Below are positions 40,715-45,637 of a DNA stretch of 45,637 nt, one piece after another. This stretch comes from a virus. The stretch lies in the IMG/VR virus record IMGVR_UViG_3300045988_028519. One strand, given 5' to 3'. Position numbers and translations under genes: made by a program. The notes beneath the pieces were generated by a model. The model had not been told where the DNA came from and ran no database searches. It saw only the letters and a program-made list of their open reading frames with translations. Each line of letters opens with the position of its first letter. The first letter of the stretch is position 1.

Positions 40715-42223
40715 TTAGTAGTAATTCGAGTTGTAGGTACCCTGACCGTAAACCGCACCGGTAGGAATGCCGAGCACTGCTGCAATCTGTGCCGTTGCAC
40801 CGCGATTGCCCATGCCCTCCCAGAGTTTGAGGTAGTAATCACGCATAGCATTCTGCTGATCGTTCTTAAACGACTGGTCATACTGCGACTGCTGCATATC
40901 CTGCGCACGCTTGTTGTACGCAATGTTCGCAAGCGTCTGCTGTGCATCGAGCGTCGAGTTTACGCCGAAATTGCCGGTTGCGTTGCCGTAGTTGTACAGA
41001 TTGCCGATGACGTTCTGCTTTGCCGCCTCCTGCTGTGCCAGAATGCTCTGCCGCTGCTGATACAGGCTGTTTGCAAGGTCTGCCATGCTCTGCGCCGCCT
41101 GCGTCGAGTTGCCCGCCAGTGCGCTTGCACGGTTGTTCTCCACGCTCTGGATCGCATTTGCGCGTGCAAGCTCGTTCTGGTTATACGCCGAGTTGTAAGC
41201 GGCGTTCTGTGCCACCAGTGAGCTTTCCGCAGCGCCCTGACCCGAAATGCCCGCCGCCGCAAGCTGAGAGGGAAGGTCTCTCTGTGCTGTGCGGTAGTTG
41301 ATGTACGCCTGCCGCGCCGCCTCGTCGTAGCTCTGGTTTAAACCCGGCAGCATCGCGGAATACTGCTGGTTGATCTGGTCTGCCATCCGGTCATAGTACG
41401 CCTGCTGCTGCTGTTTGATTTGCTCCTGCCGGTCAAGCTCGGCCTGATACTGCTCCTCAACCTGTTTCATCTGGTTGATGTAGTTCTTGGCGTTCTGCGC
41501 TGTCGCATCGTTGCTGTACTGGTCGAGTTTGCCGCCGTTGAGAAGGATTTTCTCATTGCGGTTGTTCAGCGAATCTTCAACGTCCTGCCACCGTCCGCCG
41601 CTTGCAATCTGGCCGCCGATCACCGTAGACCAATCCGTGTTGTTCAGGCTGTTCTTTCGCTGCTGCTGTTCCGCACTCAGTGGAGCGCTCCATGTGCCGG
41701 TTTTGCCGTTGTAGGTGTAGCCGTGTGCCGTGTACAGGCGCTGGTTTTCCTCCTGCAGGCGCTTTCTCGTTGCAGCATCCGCCGTGTGCCACGCATTGGA
41801 GTTTGCCTGCGCCTGTTTCAGCCAGTCATTCGACGAACCGCCGGAAGAATTACCGTAAGACGAGCCGCCGGAGGAACCGCCGTAAGACGAACCGCCGCCG
41901 GAAGAACCATACGTCCACGTCTGCCCGCCCTTGGTGATTGTGGTGGTGCCGTCGTTGTTCTTCTTCCAGACCGAGCCGTCACCGCCGGTCATGGTCGAGC
42001 CTGCCGCCGCACCGCTTACAAAGTTCTTGCCTTTGTCACTGCTGATGTTGTAGCTGCCGCCCGAACCGGAAGCCGTATAACCGCCGGAAGAACTGCTGCT
42101 GCCGCGATTCGACGAGCTCGAAGAAGAACTGCTCGTGTTGTTCTTCTTTGTGTTTGCCGCAATGGTGTTCTTAATGCCTGTTCCAAGCGCCTTTCCGATT
42201 GCGCCCCACGCACTTTTCGCCAT
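40715..42223 (-). CDS. S/G-rich then Q/N-rich structural-type protein (502 aa)
   Basis: The ATG follows AAAGGAGAG. The N-terminus is poly-Ser/Gly and the C-terminal half is rich in Q, N and A. It shares an AWH..TYNG.TG motif with the giant protein. Confidence 0.6.
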   Translation of the reverse strand: MAKSAWGAIGKALGTGIKNTIAANTKKNNTSSSSSSSSNRGSSSSSGGYTASGSGGSYNISSDKGKNFVSGAAAGSTMTGGDGSVWKKNNDGTTTITKGGQTWTYGSSGGGSSYGGSSGGSSYGNSSGGSSNDWLKQAQANSNAWHTADAATRKRLQEENQRLYTAHGYTYNGKTGTWSAPLSAEQQQRKNSLNNTDWSTVIGGQIASGGRWQDVEDSLNNRNEKILLNGGKLDQYSNDATAQNAKNYINQMKQVEEQYQAELDRQEQIKQQQQAYYDRMADQINQQYSAMLPGLNQSYDEAARQAYINYRTAQRDLPSQLAAAGISGQGAAESSLVAQNAAYNSAYNQNELARANAIQSVENNRASALAGNSTQAAQSMADLANSLYQQRQSILAQQEAAKQNVIGNLYNYGNATGNFGVNSTLDAQQTLANIAYNKRAQDMQQSQYDQSFKNDQQNAMRDYYLKLWEGMGNRGATAQIAAVLGIPTGAVYGQGTYNSNYY

Positions 42224-42278
42224 ATACTTCTCTCCTTTTCGTAAAATAAAAGCAGGTGTTTCCACCTGCTTTTTGTGT

Positions 42279-43013
42279 TTAGTTGTGTTTTACAACGTTT
42301 TCGTAGTATGCCGCCAGTTTGTCTTCCACGGCATCCTTGTCGCACAGCCAAAACGACTTTGCCATATCCGCGTAAAATTCATCATTGCCTACGCCGTGGC
42401 GCTCTGCAACCTCGCTGAGGTCGCTGTACACCGCGTTCATCGCAACCCAGAATTTCACCGGATTGCAGTTTATTCCGCGCCGCTGCATCAATTCCGTGGT
42501 CTGATCCAGTGTCCAGTGCGCGCCGGTCGAGCCGTCGGCGTTCTTCATGCCGCGCACCCAGCGTTCCGCCATTTCGCGGTTGAGCTTCGCGCCGCTGCCG
42601 CGTGCATAGCCGAGCTGTTTGTCGCTGCCGCGTGTCTTATCCCCTACATACGAAGTATCCCCCATACGCATAGGTTCATCACGAAACCCAATCGGGCGCA
42701 TACCCTCGTCATGGTATGTCGGCATCTCGTCATACTCGGGATATTCCGCGCTGCTGTGCGGGGCAAATCTGCCGTTGGAATAGCGCGTATAACCGCGCAT
42801 CTCCGGTTCTCTGCCGCCGTGGAACCGTTCGTCGTAGTAGCTCTGCGGCTCATCATAACCGTAAGGATCGATATAACGGTTACGCGGCATTTCATAACGC
42901 ACGCCGTAATGCTCACGGTTTTCCGGATATGCCTTGCGGTTTCTCCATTCCTCCGGTGTAAAGTCGCTTCTGCGGTTTCGCTGCATCAGCAGCATCATAG
43001 TACCTCTTTTCAT
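42279..43013 (-). CDS. Hypothetical protein with a Y/E/R/P-rich N-terminal half and a globular C-terminal domain
   Basis: 244 aa. The C-terminal domain reads ..AERWVRGMKNADGSTGAHWTLDQT..FWVAMNAVYSDL.., and no family is assigned. Confidence 0.6.
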   Translation of the reverse strand: MKRGTMMLLMQRNRRSDFTPEEWRNRKAYPENREHYGVRYEMPRNRYIDPYGYDEPQSYYDERFHGGREPEMRGYTRYSNGRFAPHSSAEYPEYDEMPTYHDEGMRPIGFRDEPMRMGDTSYVGDKTRGSDKQLGYARGSGAKLNREMAERWVRGMKNADGSTGAHWTLDQTTELMQRRGINCNPVKFWVAMNAVYSDLSEVAERHGVGNDEFYADMAKSFWLCDKDAVEDKLAAYYENVVKHN

Positions 43014-43025
43014 GCCGTCACCCCC

Positions 43026-43412
43026 TTACGTTGTCGGTGCAGTCCCGTTGATGGACCGCAGCGCGTTAGAGTGAGAGCAGCAGGAATTACCGAGCATACG
43101 GAAACTGCCGCCGTTTGCCGAAGTGACCACCCGGCACAGGTACTTGTGACGGGTATCCAGATTAAACACTGTCGCCTGAGCGCCGTTGCATTTCAGCAGC
43201 GGATACGTTACCGTTCCGTCCCCGATGGTGATTACCACCGGCGCGCCGATGATCGTTGTTGACGGAATGTTCTGCGCGATTACGATTCCGTAAACGCAGC
43301 CGTTCTGGTAATCTCCCGCCGGAATGTTCACCGTCAGCACGCCGCTTGTGTAAGTGACCGCCTGTGAGATACGCAGGTTCGGACACAGTTTTTGTACAGG
43401 CTTGCAAGCCAT
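43026..43412 (-). CDS. Cys-containing beta-rich small protein (128 aa)
   Basis: The ATG lies 8 nt after AGGAGG. The product starts MACKPVQKLCPNLRISQAVTYTSGVLTVNIPAGDY... Confidence 0.6.
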   Translation of the reverse strand: MACKPVQKLCPNLRISQAVTYTSGVLTVNIPAGDYQNGCVYGIVIAQNIPSTTIIGAPVVITIGDGTVTYPLLKCNGAQATVFNLDTRHKYLCRVVTSANGGSFRMLGNSCCSHSNALRSINGTAPTT

Positions 43413-43465
43413 AATCAAAACCTCCTATCAAAGCCGGGGGAATGTCCCCCGGCTGAACGTATCTC

Positions 43466-44266
43466 TCACATGCCGCAGCAAGTGTTGCAGCCGCAGCCGG
43501 AAAACTGGTAAGGTGCCGGAACCGGGAACGCCGGTACCGGAGCCGGACGCAGAGCGTTTACAAGGTAGTTGTTCTGCGCCTCCTGAGAAGCCGTGAACTT
43601 CAAGGTCTGGTTCTCGTTCTGGAGTGCCGCGATCTTCTCTGCCTGACGGGTGTTCTCCATTGCATCCAGTCGTGCAATGATACGGTCGGTGTCGTTGTGG
43701 GTAGACTGGATAATGTCGCGTGCGTTGGTTGCCGCGTTGTAATTGGTGTCGCAGAATCCGCGTTCTACCTGACGCTGCGTATCGCAGCAGCAAGAAGCCA
43801 TCTGCGTGCCCAGAGCAGTAAGGCCAGCAGTTACGCCGTTAAAGCCGTTGTTCATGTTGGTGTTTACGCCGTTGATAAGCTGGGCGTTCTGATAGCCGAG
43901 CTGGCAAACCGAATTGTCCACGCCGTGGAAGCCGTTAGAAACCGCGCTGCCGAGCGTGTTGAAGCCGGTCAGCATACCGTTGTTCATGCTGTAAAAGCCG
44001 TTGCACAATCCGTCCTGAATGCCGAGAACGGAACGGGAAAGGTTGTTGAAATTAAACTCACTGCACAGGTCAGAACGAGTTACTGCACCCTGATAGCCTG
44101 CGCCGTTGCCGCCGTTGTTGCCCCAGCCCCAGCCGTTGCCGCCGAAGATCAGCGCAATAATCAGAAATGCAAAAATCCACGAGCCGTTGCCGCCCCACAT
44201 ACCGTCATTGCCGCCGCCGTTGTTGTCAGAGCCAAGAGCATAGCCGGTTGCAAAATCGTTATCCAT
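43466..44266 (-). CDS. G/N-rich membrane protein with Cys clusters (CCC, C-terminal CGCNTCCGM)
   Basis: 266 aa. It has one TM helix (WIFAFLIIALIF), GN-rich repeats, and the motifs SCCCDTQRQVERGFC and SGCGCNTCCGM. Confidence 0.6.
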   Translation of the reverse strand: MDNDFATGYALGSDNNGGGNDGMWGGNGSWIFAFLIIALIFGGNGWGWGNNGGNGAGYQGAVTRSDLCSEFNFNNLSRSVLGIQDGLCNGFYSMNNGMLTGFNTLGSAVSNGFHGVDNSVCQLGYQNAQLINGVNTNMNNGFNGVTAGLTALGTQMASCCCDTQRQVERGFCDTNYNAATNARDIIQSTHNDTDRIIARLDAMENTRQAEKIAALQNENQTLKFTASQEAQNNYLVNALRPAPVPAFPVPAPYQFSGCGCNTCCGM

Positions 44267-44374
44267 TTGAAAATCTCCTTTTCAGTTATATTTGATCGGA
44301 ACCGTACGCTTTCCGAACATGACAAATTCACGTCGGATTTTCATCAAGATTCCGTCAAAACTGAAAATGGATAT

Positions 44375-44602
44375 TTACTTGATGTTCATGCCGAACTGCT
44401 GTGCAAACTGATCGAGGTCGATTCCTCGTTCCTTTGCAATGTTCATTGCCATCTGCCGCAGCGCGTCCGGGCTTTTGCCCTGCATGGATTTCATTAGGGT
44501 GCTTACCATGGGATTATTGCCGGTCATTTGGTTCAGCATCATCATAGGATTTCCGCCGTTCCTCATAAGCTGCAATACCTGCATCATCGGATTATTTACC
44601 AT
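44375..44602 (-). CDS. Met-rich small protein (14 Met in 75 aa)
   Basis: The ATG follows GGGAGG. The product starts MVNNPMMQVLQLMRNGGNPMMMLNQMTGNNPMV... Confidence 0.55.
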   Translation of the reverse strand: MVNNPMMQVLQLMRNGGNPMMMLNQMTGNNPMVSTLMKSMQGKSPDALRQMAMNIAKERGIDLDQFAQQFGMNIK

Positions 44603-44990
44603 CGTTTGCACCTCCCAGTTGTTCACATAACTTGTTAAACCGTCGGATAAGCTCGTTGAATTCCGTTCTCGGAACATAATCTGACAAATCTATTTCCGCA
44701 GGTTTATTCGTTTCCGGCTCCTGTGCTCTGCGATACATCACAAAGTCGGCACAGCCGGTTTGCAAATTAAGCTGTTTGGTGTAAATCGCGCCGTGCGCCG
44801 TGTCCGGCATGATAGTAAGCGCACCGGAAAAGTCCGTCTGTACCGCACGCGCTTCCTCCACGCTTGCCACAGGTCGAACAATATGCTGTGGAGATTGCAC
44901 CTGCTGTTGCATTGGTGTCTGCATTGGCTGTTGCGGGTACTGCTGTTGATACTGCGGCGTGTAGCCGGTGTAACCATAAGGATATGCCAT
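44592..44990 (-). CDS. Protein with a Q/P/Y-rich N-terminus
   Basis: 132 aa. The product starts MAYPYGYTGYTPQYQQQYPQQPMQTPMQQQVQSPQ and is followed by a globular part. Confidence 0.6.
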   Translation of the reverse strand: MAYPYGYTGYTPQYQQQYPQQPMQTPMQQQVQSPQHIVRPVASVEEARAVQTDFSGALTIMPDTAHGAIYTKQLNLQTGCADFVMYRRAQEPETNKPAEIDLSDYVPRTEFNELIRRFNKLCEQLGGANDGK

Positions 44991-45160
44991 TATCCCAGCA
45001 CCTCCGTTGCGTGTTCGCTGATGGATTTACTTACCGCCTCTTTGTAGGATATATACTCCTCCAAGCAATCTGTGTTGCCTGCGTTGCGGTAAACTGCTAC
45101 AATACGACGAGCGCACTCAGGGTCATACCCCATGCGTTCAAGTCTCTGTTCGTAACTCAT
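44990..45160 (-). CDS. Small hypothetical protein (56 aa)
   Basis: The ATG follows AAGGAAG. The product is MSYEQRLERMGYDPECARRIVAVYRNAGNTDCLEEYISYKEAVSKSISEHATEVLG. Its TAA overlaps the next ATG (TAATG). It is below the track size cutoff. Confidence 0.5.
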   Translation of the reverse strand: MSYEQRLERMGYDPECARRIVAVYRNAGNTDCLEEYISYKEAVSKSISEHATEVLG

Positions 45161-45170
45161 GCGATCACTT

Positions 45171-45238
45171 CCTTATACTTTCAGTATAAGGTCTGCCGGG
45201 CGTGACAACCTGTCACAAATCTGTCAACTTGCTGTCAC
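45171..45238. promoter_or_regulatory. Regulatory cluster: SD-sequestering hairpin, a GTGACA-ACC-TGTCAC palindrome, and two further TGTCA(A/C) copies
   Basis: CCTTATAC (45171-45178) pairs with GTATAAGG (45184-45191). The palindrome is at 45202-45216. TGTCAA is at 45222 and TGTCAC at 45233. Confidence 0.5.
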
Positions 45239-45435
45239 AGCACGCGCAGCATTTTGCATTTGATGCTGTTCAACCGACGATGCACCGTGCTTTCGCTCAT
45301 GTGCAACGTCATGCAAATCTGAGTAATAGAGCGCGCCGATGTTCGCAGATCAAACACAGCGCGCTCTTCTGGTGTAAAATTGCACTCACGCCGGAAGTAT
45401 TCCACCTCCGGCCTTGTAAATTCCGTTAATTTCAT
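45235..45435 (-). CDS. Small sigma-70 region-4 / LuxR-type HTH regulator
   Basis: 66 aa. FTPEERAVFDLRTSARSITQICMTLHMSESTVHRRLNSIKCKM fits an r4-type HTH. Confidence 0.6.
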   Translation of the reverse strand: MKLTEFTRPEVEYFRRECNFTPEERAVFDLRTSARSITQICMTLHMSESTVHRRLNSIKCKMLRVL

Positions 45436-45441
45436 GCGGTA

Positions 45442-45481
45442 TCCCCTCGTTATGGTGTCACCGCATATCTTTCCCCTCGTT
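45442..45481. promoter_or_regulatory. Two 10-bp direct repeats TCCCCTCGTT (minus strand AACGAGGGGA), 30 bp apart, upstream of the HTH gene
   Basis: The copies are at 45442-45451 and 45472-45481. An inverted repeat TGCGGT/ACCGCA (45435-45440 / 45460-45465) brackets the first copy and the start codon. Confidence 0.45.
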
Positions 45482-45489
45482 TTTTTCTC

Positions 45490-45637
45490 TTAGTCGTACA
45501 AATGTGCGCGGTCGTTGATAACCAGCAGGCGCAGCAGGTCGGTCGTCAGTGCCAGCTTGCCCTGATCGTCGCCCTGCAAAAAGCCCTTGTTCACCAACTT
45601 CTGCACGGTGTCTTTCGCCCACGCCGGGCATTCGGCA
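45490..45637 (-). CDS. Endolysin C-terminal end (same gene as 1..667; 245 aa in total)
   Basis: The frame continues through the 77-bp overlap: ..LQGDDQGKLALTTDLLRLLVINDRAHLYD, with stop TAA at 45490-45492. The C-terminal part (AWAKDTVQKLVNKGFLQGD) resembles an SLH-like wall-binding motif. Confidence 0.8.
   Translation of the reverse strand, partial: AECPAWAKDTVQKLVNKGFLQGDDQGKLALTTDLLRLLVINDRAHLYD
45561..45637. repeat. Terminal overlap, copy 2 (identical to 1-77)
   Basis: Same 77-mer as positions 1-77. Confidence 0.95.

Larger units (their letters stand above)
1..45637. mobile_element. Complete temperate tailed-phage (prophage-type) genome, circularly closed; unit length 45,560 bp
   Basis: The ends are identical over 77 bp. 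A full set of integrase, switch, replication, packaging, head, tail and lysis genes is present. The endolysin ORF is continuous across the junction. Confidence 0.85.

Noticed and set aside
1-45637. tRNA, rRNA and tmRNA genes
   Set aside because: Scanning by eye found no T-loop/acceptor-type cloverleaf candidates and no rRNA-like stretches. A tRNAscan-SE or Infernal run would be needed to exclude them formally.

Overview
The window is a complete, circularly closed genome of a temperate dsDNA tailed phage or prophage. Positions 1-77 are identical to 45561-45637, giving a unit length of 45,560 bp, and the endolysin gene runs across that junction. Almost all genes are on the minus strand and tightly packed.

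**Gene order in the direction of transcription:**
- **Lysogeny switch:** divergent cI-like and Cro-like genes, a moron, and a tyrosine integrase, at about 30.8-33.6 kb.
- **Early, replication and recombination module (29.9-16.8 kb):** Gp157-like, ERF, NinB-like, two HNH nucleases, SSB, replisome organiser, RusA, DNA methyltransferase, radical-SAM protein, Lar-like anti-restriction protein and many small Cys-rich proteins.
- **Late regulator:** a sigma-r4/DUF1492-like protein.
- **Packaging and head genes:** TerS, TerL, portal, scaffold and major capsid protein.
- **Short tail set:** a 206-aa protein, a 628-aa protein and a 1033-aa fibre.
- **Lysis cassette:** holin and amidase.
- **Post-lysis operon:** it has its own small sigma-like regulator, encodes odd low-complexity proteins, and ends in a 2243-aa protein with a C-terminal M23 peptidase.

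No tail tube, sheath or tape-measure gene set is visible, so I infer a podovirus-like virion. No tRNA, rRNA, CRISPR array or reverse transcriptase was seen.

**Most unusual feature:** about 1.05 kb at 15335-16420 lacks a credible ORF and is dense in hairpins. It contains four tandem units of about 100 nt. Each unit has a conserved 25-nt box followed, at a fixed offset, by a hairpin whose stem sequence differs between units while pairing is kept.

**Other points of interest:**
- Twelve iterons with exact 11-bp phasing around a small wHTH gene.
- Antisense promoters in the switch region.
- A Lar-like gene split by a G9 tract.
- A triplicated zinc-ribbon gene family.
- A DGR-variable-region-like fibre tip with no reverse transcriptase in the genome.
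- Strong terminators inside the late operon.

All functional calls rest on motif recognition by eye. No database search was run.
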